Below, piece after piece: positions 1-7,209 of a DNA stretch of 11,851 nucleotides. This DNA is from Promethearchaeota archaeon (lineage in GTDB: Archaea; Asgardarchaeota; Lokiarchaeia; Sigyniarchaeales; SOKP01). The DNA lies in contig JABXKD010000096.1 of the NCBI GenBank assembly GCA_013375475.1, positions 1 to 11,851 on the forward strand, read 5' to 3'. Position numbers and translations under genes: made by a program. Below the pieces are notes generated by a model. The model saw only the letters and a program-made list of their open reading frames with translations, was not told where the DNA came from and searched no databases. How positions within the stretch are numbered: the stretch's first letter is position 1; each line of letters opens with the position of its first letter.

Positions 1-10
1 CGTTCGCTAA

Positions 11-304
11 GAATATGGCTGGTCGCGAAAATTTGGATTTGTAGCAGCAATAGTTAAAGAGGTTGCCCCCTCTCCAGACAATGCCGTAGCAATTATCTGT
101 GGTCCTCCAATTATGATACGAACGGCCGTAGATGAATTAGTGAAAATAGGTTGGAAAGACGAGGATATACTTAATTCTTTAGAAATGAGAATGAAATGCG
201 GGATTGGAAAATGTGGAAGATGTAATATCGGAAGTAAGTTTGTCTGTATCGATGGACCCGTTTTTTCACTGGCAGAACTAAAAAAAATGCCAAATGAATA
301 TTAA
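11..304 (+). CDS. C-terminal part of an FAD/NAD(P)-binding oxidoreductase subunit (AsrB / hydrogenase gamma HydG / FlxA family); 5'-partial
   Basis: The frame of ORF 113..304 stays open back to position 11 and reads EYGWSRKFGFVAAIVKEVAPSPDNAVAIICGPPIMIR. It has the FNR-family CGPPxM motif and the C-terminal [2Fe-2S] motif LEMRMKCGIGKCGRC...VCIDGPVF. The ATG at 113 is therefore internal. An in-frame TAA lies at 8-10. Confidence 0.85.
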   Translation, partial: EYGWSRKFGFVAAIVKEVAPSPDNAVAIICGPPIMIRTAVDELVKIGWKDEDILNSLEMRMKCGIGKCGRCNIGSKFVCIDGPVFSLAELKKMPNEY

Positions 305-340
305 AATACTATAAAAAAATTTTCAAAATTAATAGAAAGT

Positions 341-346
341 AGGTGA
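341..346 (+). promoter_or_regulatory. Shine-Dalgarno-like site AGGTGA
   Basis: AGGTGA lies 6 nt upstream of ATG 353, in a 48-bp gap after a co-oriented gene. This matches the typical archaeal GGTGA ribosome-binding site in an operon. Confidence 0.65.
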
Positions 347-352
347 AAATAG

Positions 353-1468
353 ATGGTTGATAATACAATTTCAAAAACTTTTGAGGATTTAATAAAAGAA
401 GTTCACGAACCAGGATTATGTGGAGAGTGTGGGGGATGTGTTAGTTTTTGTTCAGCTGGGGATTTAAAAGCTATTGAGATGTCAGAGTCAGGACCCCCGA
501 AATACATAAATAAAGATAAATGTCTTAAATGTGGTATTTGTTATTTTGTATGTCCTCAAACTCATGTCTTAAATGATCAATTAAATACTAAGTTTAAATA
601 TGAAGCTCCTATTGGAAATCAGATAAAAGTTGCTTCGTGTCATGCTACTTCTGAAGAAATTAGAAAACAAGCTACTGATGGTGGTGCTATTACTGCTATT
701 TTAAACTATTTATTAGATAACAGGTTAATAGACGGAGCAATTGTTTGTAAAAGAAATGGACCATTTAACAGAGTTCCATTTTTTGCTACAACGAAAGAAG
801 ATTTAATAGAAGCTGCTGGGTCTCATTATGATACTTCCAGTCAAGTTACTGGTTTGGAAAATTATAATACATTTATTGCTACCAATATTACATTGAAAAA
901 AGTTATGAGTCCAGATTTGTTAAATATAGCTGTTGTTGGAACTCCTTGTCAGATTAATTCAATTAGAAAAATGCAAGAATTAAGCATACTTCCAGCTCAC
1001 ATCGTTAAATACACATTAGGTTTATTCTGTTATTTAAATTTTTCATTTAAGGATGAGGATAGGAAAATGCTTGAAAAGAGATTTAAGTTTTCATTTGAGG
1101 ATGTTGACAGTATGAATATTAGGGAAGATCTTATCCTATATTTCAAAAATAATGAGGAATTACACGTATCTTTTTCTGATTTACACGAGATTGGGAGACC
1201 CGCTTGCTTTGCATGCCCTGATTTTTCCAATATATATGCAGACATCTCTTTTGGAGGTCTCGGATCAGAAGAAAAATTAACTACGGCTGTTATTCGAACT
1301 AAGATTGGGGAAGAGCTCTATCGAAACGCTATAAATAAAGGATATATCAGAGAGCCAAAAGAATTAAATAAACCAAATAATAAAGATGAAATACTGGCAA
1401 AAATAAAAGAATTCAGTAAAAAGAAAATTGAACGAGCAGAGACTACATTAAAAGGTAAAAGACCTTAA
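353..1468 (+). CDS. Coenzyme F420 hydrogenase/dehydrogenase beta-subunit family protein (FrhB/FdhB/FpoF-like) with N-terminal 2x[4Fe-4S] ferredoxin domain
   Basis: Ferredoxin motifs CGECGGCVSFC and CLKCGICYFVCP. FrhB-family motifs DGGAITAIL, VVGTPCQI, LGLFC and ACFACPDF...ADISFGG. Confidence 0.9.
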   Translation: MVDNTISKTFEDLIKEVHEPGLCGECGGCVSFCSAGDLKAIEMSESGPPKYINKDKCLKCGICYFVCPQTHVLNDQLNTKFKYEAPIGNQIKVASCHATSEEIRKQATDGGAITAILNYLLDNRLIDGAIVCKRNGPFNRVPFFATTKEDLIEAAGSHYDTSSQVTGLENYNTFIATNITLKKVMSPDLLNIAVVGTPCQINSIRKMQELSILPAHIVKYTLGLFCYLNFSFKDEDRKMLEKRFKFSFEDVDSMNIREDLILYFKNNEELHVSFSDLHEIGRPACFACPDFSNIYADISFGGLGSEEKLTTAVIRTKIGEELYRNAINKGYIREPKELNKPNNKDEILAKIKEFSKKKIERAETTLKGKRP

Positions 1469-1479
1469 ATAGTTAAATT

Positions 1480-2790
1480 TTAAGTATTTTTAATTTTCCT
1501 ACTACTCATTTTTTCATTTTCTATACTATAAGTTTCTGCTAAATTCGGTATTAAGTAATAAACAACGACTAAGTAAAGTGGTATTAGTGATAATTCAACG
1601 AATATTGATATAATAAAAGGATATCTTGGACCAATAAAATCCCAAACAATACCTCCCAAAAGAGGTCCAATAAAGCTTCCTAAAAACTGAAAGAATTCAC
1701 CAGACCCTAATATTTTTCCACGATTCTTTAACGATATTCTACTCAACAAATTTTGAAAAATTAGTCCAGAAGCAATCATAATGGTCATATCTATCAATAG
1801 AAGTAATGAAAAAATCCAGAGATTTGCCGAATTTATTAATAACCATGTGACCAGTGCTCCTAGTGTGCTTGTAACTGTTATACCTATAGCAGGGCGAAAT
1901 TTATCAACAAGTTTTCCCAATTTTGGAGCTAAAAGTGTTGCAATAATACCCGCAGGTAAATATGCCCAAGTAACTAATTGAATGTTATTTTCTATAGTTT
2001 CTATCACATAAATATTTAAAAATGGTTTTGCAATTGAACCGTTAATATTACTAAGAAATAAAACTGACATCAAGAAAATTGATCCTAATATTAAAGGTCC
2101 AGCGAGGTTAGAATGTTTTTCCTTATTTTCTTTGTTGAATGAATTAGTAAGGTTAGCTGAGGGTTCGTTAAACTTAATTGATTCGTCCACTTCTCGATTG
2201 AATTTAATACCTGCATAAAAGTTTGCAATCCCAAAGATTGGAATACTAGCGTACAATAGAAAGGGATTATTCGTGAAAAAACCAAGTATCATTAGAAGAA
2301 GAAAACCTATAACACCTCCAATCATTTGACCTATGGCATTAGATGAATTTCTCTTTCCATAGGCTTCAGAACGGTTATCTTTATTTGATTTTTCTGCTAT
2401 CAGGGTATTAAATGGAACCCAAAAAACACCTGCCATAAAGCCTAGAGTAAATGTTCCTACACCTAATAATATTACAGAATTTAAAATTATAGCGGTATAG
2501 ATTATGAAATAAGAGGTTCCTCGGCCAAATGATCCTATTAACACGAGTTTTCTCCTTGATTTCACGCGATCAGTTAAAAATCCCGTAATTGTACCGCTAA
2601 TAGTTCGACCTAATACTTGAATAGATACAATCAGACTTATTTGTATGGCAGTTGCTAGCATATTAAAATAAGCAATAATAGGGACCAAAAAACCAATAAA
2701 AAAAAAGCCTAAGCTATTTAGGATAACAATTTTTAACATATCGTTAAAATCTGGTGTGAATCGGGTCGAATCTTGTTCCCTTTTTAGCAT
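1480..2790 (-). CDS. Major facilitator superfamily transporter
   Basis: 436 aa with two hydrophobic halves of about six segments each, separated by a polar loop. MFS motif A-like GFLTDRVKSRRK and its repeat GKLVDKFRP; GPLLGGIVWD near the C-terminus. Substrate cannot be determined. Confidence 0.9.
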   Translation of the reverse strand: MLKREQDSTRFTPDFNDMLKIVILNSLGFFFIGFLVPIIAYFNMLATAIQISLIVSIQVLGRTISGTITGFLTDRVKSRRKLVLIGSFGRGTSYFIIYTAIILNSVILLGVGTFTLGFMAGVFWVPFNTLIAEKSNKDNRSEAYGKRNSSNAIGQMIGGVIGFLLLMILGFFTNNPFLLYASIPIFGIANFYAGIKFNREVDESIKFNEPSANLTNSFNKENKEKHSNLAGPLILGSIFLMSVLFLSNINGSIAKPFLNIYVIETIENNIQLVTWAYLPAGIIATLLAPKLGKLVDKFRPAIGITVTSTLGALVTWLLINSANLWIFSLLLLIDMTIMIASGLIFQNLLSRISLKNRGKILGSGEFFQFLGSFIGPLLGGIVWDFIGPRYPFIISIFVELSLIPLYLVVVYYLIPNLAETYSIENEKMSSRKIKNT

Positions 2791-2917
2791 AGAAATACGA
2801 AATGTGTGTATTTTTGCATTCCTAAATATTTAATCTAATTTAGGTTTTAACATTTCTTATAGTGGACTAAAAATGAAAGAGTTGAAGGCAAAATTGAGGT
2901 TTTTTCAAAATTCTGAC

Positions 2918-3892
2918 TTAGATGTCGAAGATATTACCGGAGTTGTATATTGTACCCTCTAAATCCAGAAGGATTTGCCCCCCTGATGCTACTTCTATAG
3001 CATAATTAATACCCTCTAATACTCGTTTCATCATAAAATTATACGCTTGAAATAAATCTTCTAGTTGTGCCCTTTTACTACCAGAATAAGCATTTGATAT
3101 TGCGGGGATTAATACAGGTATAAAATCTTGGTTTATCATAAATTCTTCAGCATCTATCATGAGTTCTTTTCCTTCAGAAAACGGATCAAATACATCCATT
3201 TGTGCAAACATTACTTTACATACGAATATTGAGGCTTTGATTTCTCTCATTACAAACTTTATTCGATTATTATCATCTAAATATTTTTTAAAAGTTATCG
3301 CGTTAATGATATCATCATTAGTTATTATATCCTTAAGATCCAATAATTTACTAACTCTTTCTGAAATTCTTTTCGAAGAAAGCATCAATTTTAGATTCAT
3401 CTCATTTTTATGAGTATAGTTCTTATAGAAGGAAGAAATAAACAAATGAGGGGCTAAATCCTCTCTTTCGTCCGGGATATTTAATTTAAATTCGTTGTTT
3501 TTAAATTTATCCATAAAATGCTTGATGAACATAAATTTTAACTTCAATCTATGTAAAGCTAGATAAAGACACACACGTGTTTTCGTATAAGCTACAACAT
3601 TTCCCATTCTAAAACGATCGTGATGATCTCTTTCATACATTACTATGGGTTTTAGTTTACTAACAACGCCATCAATAAAATATTTAATAATATTTTCAAG
3701 GGGTTGACAATCTAAAATTCGGAAAATTTCAATAACTCGTTGACTTTCAGGTTGGCTTTTTGGTATTTCTTTAATAACTTCATAATTATAGTGTTCTAAG
3801 AACAATGATGTTAACGCCTCCATCTCTAAAACCGTTCTACAAGGTATAAAGACTTTGTTAAGATCGTTTAAAATATCACTACTTTCGGGCAT
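2918..3892 (-). CDS. Hypothetical protein (324 aa, apparently soluble, no recognised domain)
   Basis: Long ATG-initiated ORF in AT-rich DNA that fills the gap between actin and the MFS gene. No motif recognised. Confidence 0.8.
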   Translation of the reverse strand: MPESSDILNDLNKVFIPCRTVLEMEALTSLFLEHYNYEVIKEIPKSQPESQRVIEIFRILDCQPLENIIKYFIDGVVSKLKPIVMYERDHHDRFRMGNVVAYTKTRVCLYLALHRLKLKFMFIKHFMDKFKNNEFKLNIPDEREDLAPHLFISSFYKNYTHKNEMNLKLMLSSKRISERVSKLLDLKDIITNDDIINAITFKKYLDDNNRIKFVMREIKASIFVCKVMFAQMDVFDPFSEGKELMIDAEEFMINQDFIPVLIPAISNAYSGSKRAQLEDLFQAYNFMMKRVLEGINYAIEVASGGQILLDLEGTIYNSGNIFDI

Positions 3893-3941
3893 ATTCTTAT
3901 CAATTCATTATTGCTACTAGAAAATCTTTTGGACTAAACCC

Positions 3942-3965
3942 TAAACTATCTTAAGAGATAGTTTA
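3942..3965. repeat. Perfect 10-bp inverted repeat with 4-nt spacer (hairpin or operator)
   Basis: TAAACTATCT-TAAG-AGATAGTTTA, about 50 bp upstream of the start codon of the 324-aa gene. Confidence 0.75.
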
Positions 3966-4025
3966 AAATTCAACGATACAACCAATTTTATGAATATATT
4001 TTAGATATTTAAAAGTTATTGTTTG

Positions 4026-4093
4026 AAAAAGTAGTAAAAATAAAAAAAGAAAATAAAAAAATTCATAAAATTTAAAATGTTGCCCGAATGGGC
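4026..4093 (-). terminator. Putative terminator of the actin gene
   Basis: On the minus strand the TAA stop is followed directly by a GCCC-ATTC-GGGC mini-hairpin (4082-4093), then by several oligo-T runs (A runs on + at 4055-4061, 4042-4048, 4036-4040, 4026-4030). Oligo-T tracts are typical of archaeal intrinsic terminators. Confidence 0.6.
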
Positions 4094-5239
4094 TTAGAAG
4101 CATCTATGAATTACTTGGGGTCCCATTTCTTTATACTCGCGTCTCGTAACCCACATTCTGTGGAATGTTTTCAAGGAACTAAGGATAGAACCACCAATCC
4201 ATACGGAATACATACGTTCTGGAGGAGCTATAATCTTGACATCAACTGATTCTGGAATCTGCTCTTTAATTTCCTTGGTTAAGCGTTCCTTAATTCCAGG
4301 GAACATTGTTGATCCACCAGAAAGCACAATATTACCATAAAGGTCTCTACGAAGGTCGACATCACATTCTGAAATAGCACCGACAATTACATCATCGAGG
4401 GGTTCTAATTCTTTCCCGATTACTGATGGATTGAAGAAGCATTCCGGTGCTAAAAATCTTTCTACACCTACATTAATTGTCTCTCCATCGGGAAGCATGT
4501 AGCTTTTCTCCATCCCAGCAACTTTCTTAGAAAGCATCATTTCTTTTTCTGGGTCGATTGCTACATAGCAGAGTTTTTCCTTGATATCTCTAACAATTTC
4601 TTTCTCTGCAGAAGTTGTAAATGAGTATCCCTTTTGTCGGAGTAATCTTTGTAGGTAAGTTGTGATATCACGGCCAGCAAGATCGATCCTTTGGATTGCA
4701 TGACTTAATGCGAAACCTTCGAAAATGGGCACTACGTGAGAGACTCCATCCCCAATATCTATTACGCATCCCGTCGTTCGCCCAGAGGCATAAAGAGACA
4801 AGACAGCCTGCATTGCAACATAAAGGGCCGGAACATTGAATGTCTCAAACATAATTTCGGCCATTTTCTCTCTGTTTGGTCTTGGATTCAATGGGGCTTC
4901 AGTTAGAAGGACCGGATGTTCGCTAGGATCGATTCTTAAATCAGTATAAAAGGTATAATGCCAAATCTTTTCCATAGCCGTCCAATCTTCGATAATACCA
5001 TGTTCTACAGGAAACATTAACTTTAGAACACCTTTAAGTTGCATAGCTTCCTCTCCTATGTAGTATTCACGAGTGTAATGCTCTACATCAGTCATTATCG
5101 ATTCGTATTTAGGATAACCTATAAGAGTTGGAAACACAGAACGAGGCTGATCTTCACCTGCAAACCCATTTTTAGAAATTCCAGTTCCATTGTCGACTAC
5201 TAAGGCTTTCGCGTTTAAAAAACTTTCTTCTTCTGCCAT
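4094..5239 (-). CDS. Eukaryote-like actin (Lokiactin / Asgard actin)
   Basis: 381 aa, collinear with eukaryotic actin: phosphate-1 [73 protein letters not shown], phosphate-2 [40 protein letters not shown], adenosine motif [28 protein letters not shown]-terminal HRCF. Confidence 0.98.
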   Translation of the reverse strand: MAEEESFLNAKALVVDNGTGISKNGFAGEDQPRSVFPTLIGYPKYESIMTDVEHYTREYYIGEEAMQLKGVLKLMFPVEHGIIEDWTAMEKIWHYTFYTDLRIDPSEHPVLLTEAPLNPRPNREKMAEIMFETFNVPALYVAMQAVLSLYASGRTTGCVIDIGDGVSHVVPIFEGFALSHAIQRIDLAGRDITTYLQRLLRQKGYSFTTSAEKEIVRDIKEKLCYVAIDPEKEMMLSKKVAGMEKSYMLPDGETINVGVERFLAPECFFNPSVIGKELEPLDDVIVGAISECDVDLRRDLYGNIVLSGGSTMFPGIKERLTKEIKEQIPESVDVKIIAPPERMYSVWIGGSILSSLKTFHRMWVTRREYKEMGPQVIHRCF

Positions 5240-5374
5240 AATATTCAGCTTTTTAATTTATAGTTTGTATAAAATTATTTCATTTGAAATAGCATTATCT
5301 ATATTATTTTTTTAGTGTATAATAACATCGATAAATTATAACAAATTAAAATTATCATAATAATAAATTTGACA

Positions 5375-5390
5375 TATATAAATTTTTTTT
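5375..5390 (-). promoter_or_regulatory. Putative BRE-TATA promoter for the actin gene
   Basis: The minus strand reads AAAAAAAA-TTTATATA (purine run followed by a consensus archaeal TATA box), about 135 bp upstream of the actin ATG. The region is very AT-rich, so a chance match is possible. Confidence 0.5.
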
Positions 5391-5576
5391 ATTACAAAAA
5401 AAAAGCGACACAATTGAGCGCTATTTTTATAATTATTATTTTTTTATTATAGAATAAGCCAAACATAAGCGATTACTAGCTTTTATTTTTAAAGGAGTGT
5501 TGAACACAATTCAGATTTTTGAAGCCCCAATGATGGCGATTTGTGTATACAAATGAATTTTTGTAGATTAATAAAA

Positions 5577-6143
5577 TCAAGGATTATTTGTTAAATAATC
5601 GTCAATCCATAATTCCATTAATATTTCGTCGTAATATTTAGAATCCATATAAAATTGTTTTACTCTACTTCCAACTATTTTAAAACCTAATTTCTTATAA
5701 AGATGGAGGGCTCTTTTGTTATTTGAAAAGCAGCTCAGTATGATTTTTTCTTTATTGTTTAAATTTTTTGATTCTCGAATAGCCATATCAATAATGTGGT
5801 ATCCTATTCCTAAATCTCGATATTTTTTTTGCACAATAATTCCTAAGCTACCAACATGAGTAGCTGCGTCCCAGTCTAAACTTGATATCTCACATTGTCC
5901 AAGGATATTATGAGGATTTTTTAAATCTGGATGAAATGCGACAATACATATTTCTCTATCTTTTTGAATATTGTTATACCATGATTGTTTTTCAAATCTT
6001 GATTTAACCGGGAATAAAACCGGTAGATATATCCCTTCTTCAACAACCTCATTGAAGTTATTCCAAACTCCATCAATATCTGATTCAGTAATATGTCTTA
6101 TGATAATTTTTTCTCCGGTTCTTAACTTTAAGACTTCTTTCAT
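5577..6143 (-). CDS. GNAT family N-acetyltransferase (YhhY/RimL-like)
   Basis: Acetyl-CoA-binding motif A LGIIVQKKYRDLGIG, motif B NKRALHLYKKLGF, and C-terminal YYDEILMEL. Confidence 0.92.
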   Translation of the reverse strand: MKEVLKLRTGEKIIIRHITESDIDGVWNNFNEVVEEGIYLPVLFPVKSRFEKQSWYNNIQKDREICIVAFHPDLKNPHNILGQCEISSLDWDAATHVGSLGIIVQKKYRDLGIGYHIIDMAIRESKNLNNKEKIILSCFSNNKRALHLYKKLGFKIVGSRVKQFYMDSKYYDEILMELWIDDYLTNNP

Positions 6144-6188
6144 TAAATTAATATAAATTTTTATAATTAAATTCCTTATCGTATTATT

Positions 6189-6650
6189 ATGGAGAATGAA
6201 GAAGAAGATAAGAATTTGGAAAAAGAACTGGAGGATAAAGAAAAAATTCGTAACTATTTAGAAAAAATGGCTCAATCTAAAAAGTCTCCAGTTGCGAAGG
6301 ACCTTGTCCAATTAAAGCATGTCGAAATTAAGAAACAAAAAATTAGTTCTGAAACATTAGATCTCGCAAACACTCTAAAAGAGCAGTTGTTGGAACACGA
6401 TCAATTTGAACGACTTTCTAATGATGAGCTTACTATTCTTGAATCATTTATTAACAAAAGAATGTTACTATCACGTATCGCAATCGTTGCGAATCAAAGC
6501 AGAATCCCTTTAGGTATTGAACCTTTCAAAAAAGCGGATTTAGAAAAAATCTTAGAGAATTTAATTTTTAAAGGTTATTTGGAAGTAGAACTGGTTGAAA
6601 ACACTAATGTATACATCCTTACAGAAAGAGGTAAATACAGAATTCAATAA
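6189..6650 (+). CDS. Hypothetical protein with probable C-terminal winged helix-turn-helix domain
   Basis: The C-terminal half LSNDELTIL...DLEKILENLIFKGYLE...VYILTERGK has the wHTH recognition-helix/wing signature (L..L...G.l...Y.LT..G). The N-terminal half is highly charged and probably helical. Confidence 0.7.
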   Translation: MENEEEDKNLEKELEDKEKIRNYLEKMAQSKKSPVAKDLVQLKHVEIKKQKISSETLDLANTLKEQLLEHDQFERLSNDELTILESFINKRMLLSRIAIVANQSRIPLGIEPFKKADLEKILENLIFKGYLEVELVENTNVYILTERGKYRIQ

Positions 6651-6653
6651 CAC

Positions 6654-6956
6654 TTAATCTTTTTTAAGAATTAATTTATTAATCGAAATATCTTCATGTT
6701 CTCCACTAGGATACTCTCGTCTTATAGTTAGTGGCAAGATTTTAGCTTTTAATTCTAATAAAGCTATTTTAATAGGATCAATAACATTCTTTGGTTTCGC
6801 GATCAAAATTGGTGCTCCGAAACTTATTTGTAGAGCACGCGCTCCTGTGATGCGAGCTTTTTCGTATCTAGTAAGGAAAATCGAACCAATTTTGATGGTT
6901 TTTCGAACTTCTTTATACAACTTTCTCAATTCACGAGACTCTAAAAAAGAAGACAT
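6654..6956 (-). CDS. rpoK: DNA-directed RNA polymerase subunit K (Rpo6, RPB6/omega homolog)
   Basis: [22 protein letters not shown]...[10 protein letters not shown]...LPLTIRR, the RpoK/RPB6 signature. Confidence 0.97.
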   Translation of the reverse strand: MSSFLESRELRKLYKEVRKTIKIGSIFLTRYEKARITGARALQISFGAPILIAKPKNVIDPIKIALLELKAKILPLTIRREYPSGEHEDISINKLILKKD

Positions 6957-7083
6957 AACTATATCCTAAGAATTAGTAATTGAGTCGTAAAATGTAATAT
7001 AACATAAAACTTTTTTGTTTTTTACCATAAATCAAGTTAGTTTAACATTCTTATATGCTTGAATTTAATGCGCAAGGGGGGAA

Positions 7084-7113
7084 TTTTTCAATTTGAAAGA
7101 AAATTTCAAACTT
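7084..7113 (-). other. tRNA intron 3 (30 nt, position 58/59, T loop)
   Basis: Central helix GTTC/GAAA (terminal G-A mismatch), bulge AA|A, 9-bp intron stem AGTTTGAAA/TTTCAAATT, 3' cut AA|T. Removal restores the 7-nt T loop TTCAATT. Confidence 0.8.
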
Positions 7114-7127
7114 TTGAACCCCCGACC

Positions 7128-7159
7128 GTCGAGATTAACGCTTTATATCAGCGAAAATT
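7128..7159 (-). other. tRNA intron 2 (32 nt, position 44/45, variable loop)
   Basis: Central helix CGTG/CTCG (one U-U mismatch), bulges TA|A and AC|G, intron-side ATT/AAT plus CGCT/AGCG. Removal restores the variable loop AGGTC. Confidence 0.75.
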
Positions 7160-7175
7160 TACACGGTGTGAGCGT

Positions 7176-7209
7176 TTAACGCTTTACACTAATCTTTTAT
7201 AGTGAAAGT
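7176..7209 (-). other. tRNA intron 1 (34 nt, position 28/29, anticodon stem)
   Basis: Central helix AACG/CGTT, bulges AC|A and AA|A, intron-side helix CTTTCACTA/TAGTG(T)AAG-type with one bulged T. Cutting after the second bulge nucleotide restores the ACACG stem. Confidence 0.8.

Noticed and set aside
1030-1245. 71-aa minus-strand ORF
   Set aside because: Antisense shadow inside the FrhB-like gene, with no motif.
1781-2285. ORFs 1781..1981 (+) and 2091..2285 (-)
   Set aside because: Nested within the MFS gene (antisense and alternative frame), with no independent support.
3159-3413. 84-aa plus-strand ORF
   Set aside because: Antisense shadow of the 324-aa gene, with the Ser/Ile/Leu-rich composition typical of reverse frames.
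5491-5556. AAAGGAG followed by a 19-codon plus-strand ORF
   Set aside because: The RBS-like sequence overlaps or nearly touches the GTG/TTG start, the ORF is very short, and nothing else supports it.
5971-6156. 61-aa plus-strand ORF
   Set aside because: Antisense to the GNAT gene.
7128-7155. Alternative tRNA identity Ile(GAT) or Asn(GTT) from CTGATA and GTTAA in the middle segment
   Set aside because: No complementary 5-bp anticodon stem can be built, whereas ACACG/CGTGT around CT-CAC-AC is perfect. These words lie in intron 2.
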